Assembly (NCBI RefSeq): GCF_009914755.1
Contig: NC_060928.1
Strand: one strand, 5' to 3'
Origin: the human T2T-CHM13v2.0 reference genome, Homo sapiens
Length of the DNA: 64,000 nt
A program made the position numbers and the translations under genes. The notes under the pieces are model-generated. The model was not told where the DNA came from. It made no database searches and was given only the letters and a program-made list of their open reading frames with translations. Positions 28,811 to 45,868 of the stretch are shown here, piece by piece (position 1 is the first letter of the stretch; the number at the start of each line of letters is the position of its first letter).

Positions 28811-31268
28811 ACTTTTCTTTACCTATCAAGGATAAAATATAGTTTTCAAACACTTCTCCTTTAAAGGTGACCTTCAAGTGCAACCATATATAATCAAGAG
28901 AATCTCCTTTAATGTCAAATTCCTAATGACAGCATATATAATATTGATATTATACTTAAGCATCACACTGGAATAAAGCTCCTTCTGGCTTTTTGCCAAT
29001 GATGTAACACATTTTAATCTTGATTGAACATCATGTTGTAATCACCATAAAATTTGTCTTTAACGTTACTATGAAATAATAGCCGATATGCCTCACAGAC
29101 ATCTTTAAGAACAAACGTAATTTATAATACTGAATATATACAAAATAACCAGAACCAAGATAGTTAAAATCTAATTGTGCTTAGAATTAACAGTATCTAA
29201 AGTGGAGCCATTTATATTTACTTCAAAGTTCATGATATTGCATCAACACCTATAACTTTCTGATTTACAATTAAAGAACCAGAAAGAATAAATTTAAAAA
29301 TCTTGGAACCAATACTGGCCAATTCAATAGTAGCCATGCTTCATAAGCACATGCTTCATCCAGGACCAGACTTAAGGTAGATTTATGAAGGTATTCCCTT
29401 AAGTATGTCTTACAACAATTGTCACAAATTATCTTAAAAGCCTACAAATTATTACTGCTCAAATACTGGCAATGACCAAAAATATTGATAAAGCATATAC
29501 CCACCATGAAAGTACCCTACATAAAACATTATTTTATTTAACTGAAGAAAATAGTCTCAAAACAAAAAAATACTTTAGGCTAAAACAGCAATTTATACTG
29601 TGTGAACTGTACACAGCATGAGAATATTATATAATTGTGGTGGGCAAGAGCAGAGGGGGCTGCCCACAGGAAAAGGAATCCAGGTTCAGACAACTATTCA
29701 AAAAACCTTGGCCATTTCCTGAACTTCCAGTCACTCTTCTTTCACTCCATGCAGTTTTCATTCCCTAATTCTATATCAATAGGTAGTCCAAAGGTCAATG
29801 GACTCTCTATCCCGCAAAATGAACATTTTAGATCACTTTTCTTGACTTTTCACTGCAATAATACCAATTATTTCTTTCCTGGAAGCTCTTCTTCCATTAG
29901 CTTCCATGATATTCCCTTATTACTCTTCATGTCTATATGGCTATTTCTTCTTTACAAACTCATCTTCTAACAAATTCTTAGAAGTAGGAGTTCTTCAGGG
30001 TTCACTCATAGGTTCTCATCTATTTTTGCTTTTTATGTTCTCTCTCTCACTAGGTAGTTCAACCACACTAATAAACTTAATTGTCATGGGCAATTAGATG
30101 ACTCCCATGTTATATCTGCATATATGAACTCTCTTGTTACTTCCAGAGCAATACAGTACATCAAACTTCCTTCCCAACATTTCTCCTAAAATAGCTCAAA
30201 GTGTCTGCAAAATCAATAGAATAAGTGTACAATCATGCTCTTCTACTCCCAAGTTTGATCCTTATCAATGTTTCCTCCTTTATGATTTTGTTTCTATATC
30301 TAAAGTTTCAAGTAAGTGTGTTACACTGCCTGGGACTGATGCTCATCCCAGTGAACAGCATCTCCATCATTTAGCTGAGCAAGTTAAACGTAGAAATAAT
30401 TCTTGATGCCTTCAGCTCCCTCGCAATATATAATATTTAATTCTTTAATTTTGAAATTTAAATTAAATTTTAAAATATTTTAAAATATCTCAAATCTGCT
30501 AACTTTTCTCTATCCAAAATGTCTCCATCCTAACTTAACTTCATTTCATATGCTTTCTTTAAATGGTCTTTCCACAATACCTCTGCCATTCCCCATCCTC
30601 CATCTATTTTCCCAACTGCTAACAAGGTAGCCTAAGAGAAGAAACATGACTATATCACATCCACAATGAAAACTCTTTGTTATACTCACTATGTGATAAT
30701 TTACATTAAAAACATTTTAGTATAAATAGTGTTATGTACATGTACATAAATTAACTTCAATTTACAGTGTAAGGATTATTAGTTGGCAACTGAAGTACAC
30801 TAATCAGAAATCCATACTCTAGGAATGGCTACAAGATGTACCTGTCACATAATTATAGAAGTATAAACCAGAGGGTGTGTTAATTCATCTAATGGATGTT
30901 AGAAATACTTTTTCACTGATGAGATGAATGATATTCAAGATATGTGGTTGATTAGAAAGGTTGTGTCAGGCCTAATGCTTTCGTAGGGATAAAGTATGAG
31001 AATCTGCCAAGTATAGCACTCTAACACACTGGGAATAATAATTCAGATCTAGAGTTCTATTGGTCACAAGTTTCTCCTCTGCACAGAGAATTCTATTATC
31101 TGATTCAACTACCAAACCGGATGCTCCTACCATTAAAGGAATACCATTGGCTTTATTTTAATGTAAGGAGTATGCCAAAGGACAAAGAGTAAGGACTTCA
31201 CTGGGTGTACATTCCTATTCTTATGTTCTATCCAATTCCACAGAATAAGTTTAAGAATTTCTTTTATT

Positions 31269-31380
31269 GGCCAGGTGCAGTGGCTTACACCTATAATCCA
31301 GCATTTCAGAAGGCCAAAGTGGAAGGATCGCTTGAGGCCAGGAGTTAAAGACCAGCCTGGACAACACAATGAGATCCCAT

Positions 31381-31438
<58 letters not shown>

Positions 31439-31608
31439 TATCCAGGTGTGGTGGCACATACCTGTAGTCCTAGCTACTCAGGAGGCTGAGGTGGAAGGAT
31501 TGCTTGAGCCCAGAAATTGGAGGCTACAGTGAGCTATGATCATGCCACTGCACTCCATCAGCCTGGGCAAAAGAGACTTTGTCTCAAAACAAAAACAAAA
31601 ACAAATAA
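31269..31608 (+). mobile_element. AluJ-like element whose linker has become an (AC)~26 microsatellite (31385-31437)
   Basis: Alu arms around the CA repeat; TSD AGAATTTCTTTTATT. Confidence 0.9.
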
Positions 31609-31829
31609 ATGAGAATTTCTTTTATTATAATGACATGTATATATGATTATAATGACATCTAGTATCAAGACTCTTTATGTTCCTAAATATAACTATTAAA
31701 GAGTCCAGATATTTACCAAAAATAACTTGAAAATGGTGGAAAGGTCAATTGTTTTAAGTCAGGACAGAATACCACTCAATGGTTTCTAACTTCTTTTAAG
31801 GTAAAGGCTAACTTCTTTGATACCACTTC

Positions 31830-32200
31830 TTCAGTCTGCCTAGGCTGCCCAAACAAAATACTAGAGCCTGCATGGCTTAAACAACAAAAATACATTTTCT
31901 CAAAGTCCTGAAGGCTAGAAATTCCAATATCAAGGTCCAGCAGGGTTGTTTCTAGTGAGGGCTCTTTTGCAGACTTCCAGATGGCCAGCTTCTCGTCATG
32001 TCCTCAAATAGTGGAAAGAAAGCTCATTTTGATGTCTCTTTCCTTATAAAGTCACCAGCCCTTTCAGATTAGGGATGCACCCTTATAACCTCATTTAATC
32101 TTTATCACCTCTTCACAGACCCTATCTCCAAATACAGACACACTGAGGGTTAGGGCTTCAAATTATGAATTTTGGGGAGGACACAAACAGTCCATAACAA
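31830..32200 (-). mobile_element. MLT1A/B-type MaLR LTR
   Basis: GGCTTAAACAAC...CCTCATTTAATC...GAATTTTGGGGAGGACACAA motifs. Confidence 0.75.
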
Positions 32201-32983
32201 TGAACTATAAAGCTTTCATGGTCCTTGACAACTTAATCAGCAACATTTCACACAAATCTCCTATTCACTTTCTACATCCCAGTGACCTTCTTTCAGTTTT
32301 CTGGAATAGACATTCCTTCTTCCCAAAGATTTTTTTTTTTAGTTTTGTTGCTTCTCACTTCACATAGTCAATTCCAACTCATCCTCCTGTCATCAGCTCA
32401 AATTGTTCGTGGGGAGATATTTACACTCTCTCATCTACTGTTTCAATTACTTCAAAGTGACAAACTAGGTATATGTCATACATCATTTAAAATTTTGCAA
32501 AAGCATACATATGAACTTGTTGATTCTTGGTGGTAGAGTGTATACCATGTTATTTGTTGAGTGTTTATATGTCTACTTTTATATCCACTTCTCACATTAA
32601 CATTTAATTCTCCTTTCACTTCTAGCAAAACATGTACATATTAGTTATCATGTTCAGTTTAGAGCAAATGAAACAATATTTTTACATTATGCTACTGTCA
32701 ACTCAAGTATATATTGAAATAGTGGAGATAAATAAAACAGATGAATTTTTTGCCCTTGTGGAAATCAGTTTAGTGTGAGAGCAAGCTATTTAGCAACCAC
32801 AAGCCTATATACTTGTAGTATGAGATAAACTGTATAAAATATACAGTGATATAAAAATGAGAATACTAGGAAAGTGATTTTATGTTAGGTGGGCAGAAAA
32901 TACTTCATTGAGGAAAAGACAATTACGGTGAGACCAGGCAAAGATTAGAAATTTTCTCTAGCAGAAAGAAAAAGAAATCAGGA

Positions 32984-35890
<2,907 letters not shown>

Positions 35891-35954
<64 letters not shown>
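35891..35954. repeat. (GT)11(AT)21 compound microsatellite in the L1 tail
   Basis: Read directly from the sequence. Confidence 0.95.
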
Positions 35955-35955
<1 letters not shown>

Positions 35956-35958
<3 letters not shown>

Positions 35959-38672
35959 GAAATCCAGAATAGGCCAGTAATGGGTGACAAGATTAAATAA
36001 TTAATAAAAAATTTCTCACCAACAAGAAAGCCAGGACCAGCTAGATTCACAGCCAAATACTATCAAACATACAAAGAACTAATACCAATCCTACTGAAGC
36101 TATTTTTTTTAATTGTGCAGGAGTGAATTCTCCCTAACTCATTCTATGAGGCCAGTATCACCCTGACAGCAAAATCATACAAGGGCACAACAACAACAAC
36201 AAAAGAAAACATGCAGTGATGAACACAGATGCAAAAATCCTCAACACAATACTAGCAAATCAAATCCAACAGCACATCAAAAAATAATACACAATATTAA
36301 GGTGAGCTTTACCCCAGGGAGTAAAGGATGGTTCAATATACTCATATCAATAAATGCTGTACATCACATAAACAGAATTAAGGACAAAAACCACATGATC
36401 ATCTCAGTAGATGAATAAAAAGTCTTTGATGAAATTCAGCATCGCTTCATGATAAAAATCCTCCTCAACAAACTAGGCATAAAAGCAATATATCTCAACA
36501 TAATAAAGGCCATATATGACAAACTCACAGCCAACATCATGCTTAATGGGGAAAAGTTGAAATCATTCCCTCTGATGATTTCTAATTCCCTCTAATCTAA
36601 GTTCTAGAACAAGAAAATGATGCCCACTTTCACCATTGTTATTCAACATGGCACTAGAAACCCTCAACAGAGTAATCGGGCAAGAGAAAAAAATAATAGG
36701 CATTCAAATTAGAAAATAGGAAGTCAACGTATCCCTGTTTATTGATCACATGATAATATATCTAGAAAATCCTAATGACTCCACCAAAAAATTCTCAGAT
36801 TTGACAAATGAATTCAATAAAATTTCAAGATAAAAAATAAAGTTACAGAAATTGGTAGTATTTCTATACACGAATAATAATCTAGCTAAGGACCAAATCA
36901 AGAAGGCAATCCCATTTAACATGATACAAAAATAAAATACCTAGGAATGTATTTAACCAAGGAGGTGAAAGATCTCTATAAGGAGAACTACAAAACATTG
37001 ATGAAATAAACTGTAGATGACACAAACAAATGGAAAGCATCCCATGCTCATGGACTGGAAGAATCAAAATTGTTAAAATTATCACACAGCCCAAAATAAT
37101 ATAAAGAGTCAATGCACTCCTTATCAAATGACCAGTATCAGTTTTCACAAAATTATTTAAAATAATCTTAAATTTTATATGGAACCAAAAAATGGCCCAA
37201 ATAGCCAAAGAAATCCTAACCAAAAAGAACAAAGCTGGAGGCATCACATTCTCTGACTTCAAATTATACTACAAAGCTATGGTAACCAAAACACCAAGGT
37301 ACTGGTATAAAAATAGACACATCAGTCAATGGAACAGAGAAGAGGACCCAGAAATAAAGCCACTTGTCTACAACCAACTGATCTTCAACAAAATCAACAA
37401 AAATATGCAGTGGATAAAGGACATCCTATTCAATAATGTTGCTGGGAGATCAGATAGCCATATGCAGAAGAATGAAACTGTAACCATATTTCTCACCATA
37501 CATAAAAATTAACTCAAGATGGGTTGAAGACCTAAACATAAGACCTAAAAGTATAAAAATCCTAGGAAAATCCTCTTCTGGACATTGGGCTAGGCAAAGA
37601 ATTTATGACCAAGTCCTCAAAAGCAAATGCAACCAAAACAAAAATAGACAAATTGAATTTAATTAAACTAAAAAGCTTCTGTACAGCAAAAGAAACAAAT
37701 AACAGAGTAAACAGACATCCTACAGAATGGGAAAAATATTTGCAAACTATGCACCTGACAAACGACTAATATCTAGAATCTACAAAGAACTCAAGCAACT
37801 CAACAACAACAAGGAAAAAGAAATAGCCCTATTACAAAGTTGGCAAAGGGCATACATTTCTAAAAGACATACAAGCAGTCAACAAACATATGAAAAAATA
37901 TTCAACATCACTAGTCATCAGAGAAATGCAAAGAAAAACCATAATGAGATACTATCGTATAGCAGTCAGAATGGGAAAGTCTAAAAATAGCAGATGTTTG
38001 CAAGAATGTGGAGAAAGGGGAACACCTACACACTGTTGGTGGGAGTGTAAATTAGTACAAACTTAATGTAAAACAAACTAGGTATTTCTCAATGAACTAA
38101 AAATAGAACTACCATTCAATCCAGCAATCCAACTACTGGGTATATACCCAAAGGAAAAGAAATCATTATATTAAAAAGATACCTACATCTGTACATTTAT
38201 CACAGCATTATTCACAATAGCAAAAATATGGATGGAATCAACCTAAGTGTCCATCAATAGAGGACTGGATTAAAAAGTGCTATCTATATCATGTGTGATA
38301 TCAATCTATCTATCTATGAATAATACTTAGTCATAAAAAAGAATGAAAGAATGTCTTTTGCAGCAACATGGATGGAACTGGAGACCATTATCCTCAGTGA
38401 AATAACTTAGAAACAGAAAATCAAATATTATATGTTCTCACTTATAAGTGGGAGCTCAACAATATGTACACATGCATATACAGAGTGGAATAGTAGACAC
38501 CGGAGACTATGAAAGGTGGGAGGGTGGGAGGGGGGTTATGGCTGAAAAACTACCTACTGGTTACAATGTTCACTATTCTGGTGGTGGATGCACTAAAAGC
38601 CCAGACTATCATTATGCAACATATGCATGTAAGAAACCTGCACTTGTACCCCTTAAATTTACTACAATAAGT
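35956..38672 (+). mobile_element. 5'-truncated L1PB-type element
   Basis: ORF2 remnants ([19 protein letters not shown]) and an L1PB-type 3' UTR. Confidence 0.85.
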
Positions 38673-39214
38673 TATTTTTTTAAAAACTCACTTGTCACTT
38701 CTCTGCTCTGCTAACGCCCAAAACACTGCCCTTTTGCAAGCCAGAGATCTTTACCAATTTGTCTTACTTCTACAAAATCTTATCTTCCCCAGTCCTTACA
38801 CATATTCTCTCGAGCCAAACTGTTCCCCATACAGCCTGTGCATTTTGGGAGTTGTTCGTTTGTTTGTCACTCTGCCCCTAGAATATAAACTCCTATTCTT
38901 ACGGAGTTTATGTTATCTTGTTCACTGTTGTGTAAGTCTGTCTTATCCGCTGCTGTTCAGAGACAGGCATAGCTCAGGTGTGCAATAAATATTTGTAGAC
39001 TGAAAAAATAAAAATAAAAAGAGAAATGTTCTGTAGCAAAGAAGAAAGGCAATTATAACCAGAAGGCTTAACACACAAGGCCCTGAGGCAGAAAGTGAAA
39101 AAAGCCCAATGTGACTGGGGCATCATGTGGTGGAGGGAAGCTGGCATCAGGTCAGCAGGAGAGCATAATGCAGAAGCTTGCAGGCCTCCAAGCAATTTTG
39201 GATTTTATTTGCAG

Positions 39215-39350
39215 CTACAATACTTTATGGTAATTTCATTCTATAAGTATTCTACAATACTTTATGGTAATTTCACTCTATAAGTATTCTACAATACTTT
39301 ATGGTAATTTCATTCTATAAGTATTCTACAATACTTTATGGTAATTTCAT
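39215..39350. repeat. 37-bp minisatellite, about 3.7 copies
   Basis: Unit CTACAATACTTTATGGTAATTTCATTCTATAAGTATT at 39215, 39252, 39289 and 39326. Confidence 0.95.
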
Positions 39351-40583
39351 AACTAGTATAAGAATTATAACATTGTTCTATAAACACTGAGGCAACATTT
39401 ATTCAATCAGAATTCTGTGAAACTTTGTGTATAGCAATTAATATAATTTTAGATATGCTACTTTCTAATGTTCTAAACTGAGAGGTATAGAGCATAGAAA
39501 ATGTATCAAAGTGGGTGGTTGACATGGCTCTTCAAAAGAGAGTCAGTTACCTCAACTAACCATTATTTCAGCCATATATCTGGCAGGAGTTAGATGATAG
39601 TCAATTCATGTTTCTGCATGCTGGCAAGTACCTAAAGCACAGACAGTCTCTGTGTGCTTTTTATTGATGAAAATTTCATATATTTCCATCACCAAAAGTT
39701 CAGGTGACGAAGCTGATATTACAAGGGAAAAATAACAAAGAGGTATCCACTATCTCAGCAAGAAAATAACTTATAAGAAAGCTGTATATGAATAGCTGTG
39801 AATAAGTCCAACTCTTTTTAGCCAGAATGTTTTTGATTAAGATTTCTATTTGCAACAATGTGGCAGGATATATATTCTCAAAGTAGAAATTTAGTGAACC
39901 CAAAGAAATAAGCATAGGAGCGTAGCCAGCATTTACTCAAAGAGTATTTGCCCAAAAATGTGAATGTGAATTTCAGTTTTCATGGACTCACAATACATGG
40001 AAAATAAAAATCAAAGCCTAGGCCTAAGATAGAAAATTTATCTTCTTAAAACTGTGATAGCAAACAGCTATATCTTCAGGCAAAGGGTAGACCATAAATA
40101 ACCCACTTTGCAGAAAACCACAAGAAAAATTAACTCTCTCAAATCTCAAAACTGCCTAAAGGGGCACTGGTGAAAAATAGTGAATAAGATTGTGGAACCA
40201 CAAACTGGCCCTCCTGCAGGTTTATGCACAATCTCACACTGTCTTAGTCTGATAGCCTTTAAACTGAGAATATAGTTTGCAGAGATTCTAGACCCATAGA
40301 ATTAAATGTAAATCCTCTCTGGAAAGATATACTTCTATCCCAGATCTCAGAGAAATTCCAAAATTAAAATCTACGGAAAATGAGGAGCTCATGGACAAAA
40401 GTACTAAATACATAGAGAAACGAGGCACCAGAAGCAAAAACCGGAAGAAATAAACTAAGAAGTCCTTCAGATAATGTAATTGTTAGAGATCAACTATGAG
40501 GAAAATATATTCAATATACTCAGAGATTTTTTTCTAATCTTAAAATATTTATATGAACAAGAAACTATGAAGAATGCCTAAAA

Positions 40584-41885
40584 GAAACTATCATCAGAGT
40601 GAATAGGCAACCTACAGAATGGAAGAAAATTTTTGCAATCTATCCATCAGACAAAGGGCTAATATCAAGAATCTACAAAGAACTTAAATAAATTTACAAG
40701 AAAAAAACAACCCCATCAAAAAGTGGGCAAAGGATATGAACAGACGCTTCTCAAAAGAAGACATTTATGCGGCCAACAAACATATGAAAAAAAGCTCATC
40801 ATCGCTGGTCATCAGAGAAATGCAAATCAAAACCACAATGAGATACCATCTCATGCCAGTTAGAATGTTGATCATTAAAAAGTCAGGAAACAACATATGC
40901 TGGAGAGGATGTGGGGAAATAGGAATACTCTCAGGAACGCTTGTTAGGAAAAGTGTTATATAAGTTATATGTCTTATCTTATATAAGTTATATAAGTCAT
41001 ATCTTCTTATATAAGTTATATAAGTCATATCTTATATAAGTTATATAAGTCATATCTTATATAAGTTATATAAGTCTTATCTTATATAAGTTATATAAGT
41101 CTTATCTTATATGTTATATAAGTCTTATATAAGTTATATACGCCTTATCTTACACTTCCTCAGAAAGAAAGAATATTACCGTAACAGAAACAAGAACAGT
41201 TCAGCTCTTTCACCAGCCCTGGGACCAGGAGAACACAGTGGGAATGACTGACAAATAAAAGCAATATAATCTATATGTGGAAGGAAAAGGAGATTAGTTC
41301 AACCATTGTGGAAGACAGTGTGGCGATTCCTCAAGGAACTAGAACTAGAAATACCCTTTGACCCAGCAATTCCATTAGTGGATATATACCCAAAGGATTA
41401 TAAATCATTCTACTATAAAGACACATGAATACATATGTTTATTGCAGCCCTTTTCACAATAGCAAAGACTTGGAACCAACCCAAATGCCCATCAATGATA
41501 GACTGGATAAAGAAAATGTGGCACATATACACCATGGAATACTATGCAGTCATAAAAAAGGATGAGTTCATGTCCTTTGGAGGGAGATGGATGAAGCTGG
41601 AAACCATCATTCTCAGCAAACTAACACAAGAACAGAAAAGCAAATATTGCATGTTCTCACTCATAAGTGGGAGTTGAACAATGAGAACACATGGACACGG
41701 AGGGGCAGGGTATCACACACTGGGGCTGGTCATGAAATGGGGGTCTGGGGGAGGGATAGCATTAGGAGAAATACCTAAAGTAGATGATGGGTTGATGGGT
41801 GCAGCAATCCACCATGGCATGTGTATACCTACGTAACAAACCTGCACGTTCTGCACATGTACCCCAGAACTTATAGTTAAAAAAG
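40584..41885 (+). mobile_element. 5'-truncated L1PA (about PA7/8) interrupted by a complex non-L1 insertion at about 40929-41293
   Basis: ORF2 C-terminus and 3' UTR; TSD GAATGCCTAAAA at 40572-40583 and 41886-41897. Confidence 0.9.
40955..41143. repeat. AT-rich quasi-palindromic minisatellite of about 25 bp
   Basis: Repeats of CTTATCTTATATAAGTTATATAAGT and variants. Confidence 0.9.
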
Positions 41886-43130
41886 GAATGCCTAAAAAGA
41901 CTAAAAGCAAAACCAAATAAAATTTCTGAAATATAAATAATTAACATTAAAAATTCAGTGAATACATTTAATGGCAAATTAGTCATAGCTAAAGAAACAA
42001 TTAATGAACAAGAAGATAAATCTTAGTTAAGTGTTCAAAATTCAACAAAGAAATGAAGAAAGAATATGAAAAAAGTTTTTGATGTGTTTGAAGTGAACTC
42101 ATTATTACATTGGTGATTGTATATGGCAACAAATTATAGAAAACTATGCCTTCCTACTGGACTTCCTGGGGATTTCCTCCTTTTTTGAGCCTTTAAAGTC
42201 CTTCTGGCCTTTCATTACTTTGTCACCTGAGCTGGCTGCAAATCAAACACAGGACAACTTCTTATAAGGCAGATGAGCTACTTACATAGCAAGTTTAAGC
42301 ATTCTCTTGGTAGGACCTGAGCTCTATCTCAATTAGAGCATTTTTAAGTGGGTAGAACAAGCTTTTAAAAGGATGCTATGACATCAGAAACCAGAGCTTC
42401 TTGAAAAATAGCCCCTGTTCTATCTGTACAACCTACTTGTCAGCAGAACCAGTAGCAGGGGGCCACCTAAATGGTAGCATCTGGAGTGCAATGTAGTTTC
42501 CTGCTTTTTTCATGCAGCCAAGGTATCCATTAAAGAGCTGGCACAGCTTAGAGAGGCACATTACAAATGGCCTTCACTAAACACACAGTCTCCTTTTCCT
42601 TCCACATATAGATTATATCGCTTTAATTTGTCAGTCATTCCCACTGTTTTCTCCTGGTCCGAGGGCAGGTGAAAGAGCTGAACTGTTCCTGTTTCTGTTA
42701 CGGTAACATTCTTTCTTTCTGAGGAAGTATAAGATAAGATTTCAGGCTGAGAATGCATTTTCCAGAGGTTACAAATTCTTTTACTATTTTATGTCTGAAA
42801 TCCGAATGTTTGGACTCAATATCCTAAGCTGGTTGAAACTCAAAGTTTCATTGCTTTGCTCCAGGGAAATATAGATCTCTGCTTGCCCACATGATGAATT
42901 GGTTTTTGTTCTGCCCTTCTCAGACCTTTGAAAGTACTAGGGATTAAAAATCAAGAGAGACCAGGAGAAATCAGAAATTCTAACTATAGGTCAGAAGGTG
43001 CCGAGATGAGTGAATTATAAAAGACCCCAAAATTCCACCGTCCATTAAGGCATCTTACTGACCTCCTTAATCACAACTGCTGCCTACTCACCTACTGTCT
43101 TTTTTTTTTTAAAACCATTGAGTGAGACTG

Positions 43131-44154
43131 CAAATAACCATATGAACAGTGTGATTGTGTGTACAGGATCTCATAAATGCTAGTGTCAGCTCTGCAACTT
43201 TATTAATTATGTGACCTTGAGCAGGGTGCAAACTTTCCTTGTTCCCTTTTTTTCATATGTATATGAAGATAATAACACCTATTGTAGTCTAAACAGAAAT
43301 GTTTCATATGTATATGAAGATAATAACACCTATTGTAGTCTAAACAGAAAACAAAACATATATTGTGTATAATTATAATATACATTTAATATGTATATTA
43401 TTTATATATTAAATATATTATATATTTAATATATAATATATTTAATATATAAATAATATGTATATTATTTATATATTAAATATATTATATATTTAATATA
43501 TAATATATTTAATATATATGTAACATATATAAAATATATATAGTGTTATATAATATAATATATATTTACTATATATTAATATATATTTATATATACTATA
43601 CATGTATATATACACAATACAATATATAATATATATTTACAATATATAATATTATATAATATATATATTTACTATATATACTGTATATATATACTATATA
43701 TAGTATATATACTATATATACTATATATTGTAAATATATAGTATATTATGATTAAGTAGAAAAACTGAGGGCAGCCATTATTAATATAGTTTAGTATATG
43801 CAATGAAAATTTTAGATATGCTGCTTTCTAATGTTCTAAACTGTGAGGTAGAGAGCATAGAAAATCTGCAGAAGTGGATATTTGAGCGTATTGTCCATGA
43901 CCAATGTATATTATTATTTTCTTCTCTCTGCTTGGCGTATTCCATTGTCACCTGGTACTACTCTTGTTAAATCTATTATGAGCCATTTCTGTTTAGACTA
44001 CAATAGATGTTATTATCTTCATATACATATGAAAAAAAGGGAACAAGGAAAGTTTGCACCCTGCTCAAGGTCACATAATTAATAAAGTTGCAAAGCTGAC
44101 ACTAGCATTTTTGGGATCCTGTATGCACAATCACACTGTTCATATGGTTATTTG
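43131..44154. repeat. 171-bp inverted repeat (43131-43301 and 43984-44154) with an AT-rich spacer
   Basis: Arms are reverse complements with about 6 mismatches; the same peptide appears in ORFs on opposite strands. Confidence 0.95.
43355..43750. repeat. AT-rich low-complexity (TA)n-derived tract
   Basis: Read directly; a second such tract lies at about 44160-44510. Confidence 0.9.
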
Positions 44155-45509
44155 TGATAGTCTATACCACATATATATACCACATATATATGTCATATAT
44201 ATGTTAAATATATATACCACATATATGTAATATGTATATTAAATATACATAATTATAATATATAATATAATATAATATATATTATATATTATAATATGTA
44301 ATATATATTATATAATATATATTACATATTATAATATATAATAAATTATATAATATATTACATTATAATTATAATTGTATAATTATATAATATATTATAA
44401 TATATATTTACAATATATATTTATATATTGTAAATATATAATATATGATATTATATTTATAATATATATTTATATATATTATATATATACATATATATAC
44501 ACACACACACAATTGTTTGTTTCAATTTCCCCTTCTATAAAGCGTATAATTTCATGTTCTTAGAGGGATAGCTATTGCTTCTTTTCTCATGTTTGTGTAT
44601 GTGTGTTCTTTATGTTACATGGTCTTACAGCAGGCCCAAGTGTTGAATCCTGTTCCTACCAGTGGTGATCCAGCTGTTTGAGTTGTCTTTAAACATTTCT
44701 TTGAAACATTTTCCAGAGGACTACATTTAAATTTTCATGCACAAAACATGGCCTCCCATTCTGCTTCTGACCATTTCTATTAAGTTCATGCACATGTTTA
44801 TAATTCAGCCAAATTTAGCCCTTATTTCATCACGCTTATTTATAACTATCTCCCTACTCTTGCCAAATGGATTATACACTTTATGAACTTACAAATGAAG
44901 AGATCCAGCAAGAGGCAAGGATAGATTATATATTATATATGATTTCTTAAATGGAAAAAACAAGGTTTTGATTAATGGACTAAAGACTAAACAACAGAGA
45001 ATTTGAGAATCACACTTGAAGCTGCATAAACACAGATGTATATATAAATATACATGTGCATGCACATACACACATACTTTGAAACGGACAAATGATTAAT
45101 GACTTTAGAAAAAATTGATTCCCCAGTCCAGATTTTACTTAAGCTAATACTTGAACTTGTTCATGTAGCCTGAATATAATTTAGCTACATGAAGAAAACA
45201 ATTAAAACTCTTGTAGAATGTTAGGGCAGTCAGGAAGAGTTTGGAATTAAAAATATGGCTATGAACAATATACTCAGGTAAGGGAGCAGATTACCACCTA
45301 CATGGCTGGTTGAAATTGATCTGAAAGATTACCTTTCCAAAATGATTTCTCTTCTAGAACTGCTACTAGAAGATTCTTTAGCATAGTTGCTTATTATGTA
45401 CAGACTTTGAGTGTACATATTAAGGCAGTGAGCACTACTTAAGTTCCTCTTTTTGAAGATGCTATCCATTTAATAACATTTATTTAGAGATATAAGAAGA
45501 AAATACTGG

Positions 45510-45822
45510 AGCCAGGCACAGTGGCTCAAGCCTGTAATCTCAGCACTTTGGGAGGCTGAGGCGGGTGGATCACCTGAGGTCAGGAGTTCAAGACCAGCCT
45601 GACCAACATGGCGAAACCTCGTCTCCACTAAAAATACAAAAATTAGCTGGGTGTGGTGGTGGGTGCCTGTAATCCCAGCTACTCGGGGCTGAGGCAGGAG
45701 AACTGCTTTAGCCTGGGAGGCGGAGGTTGCAGTGAGCCGAGATCAGGCCACTGCACTCCAGTCTGGGCAACAGAGTGAGACTCAGTCTCAAAAATGAAAA
45801 AAAGAAAAGAAAAGAAAAGAAA
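45510..45822 (+). mobile_element. AluS
   Basis: TSD AAGAAAATACTG; GAAAA-repeat tail. Confidence 0.92.
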
Positions 45823-45868
45823 ATACTGCCACATTGAAATGTACACATTTATTGAAAGATAAATCATT

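Noticed and set aside
39215-39350. 37-bp repeats as a CRISPR-like array
   Set aside because: Units are head-to-tail with no spacers, there are no cas genes, and the context is primate; this is a minisatellite.
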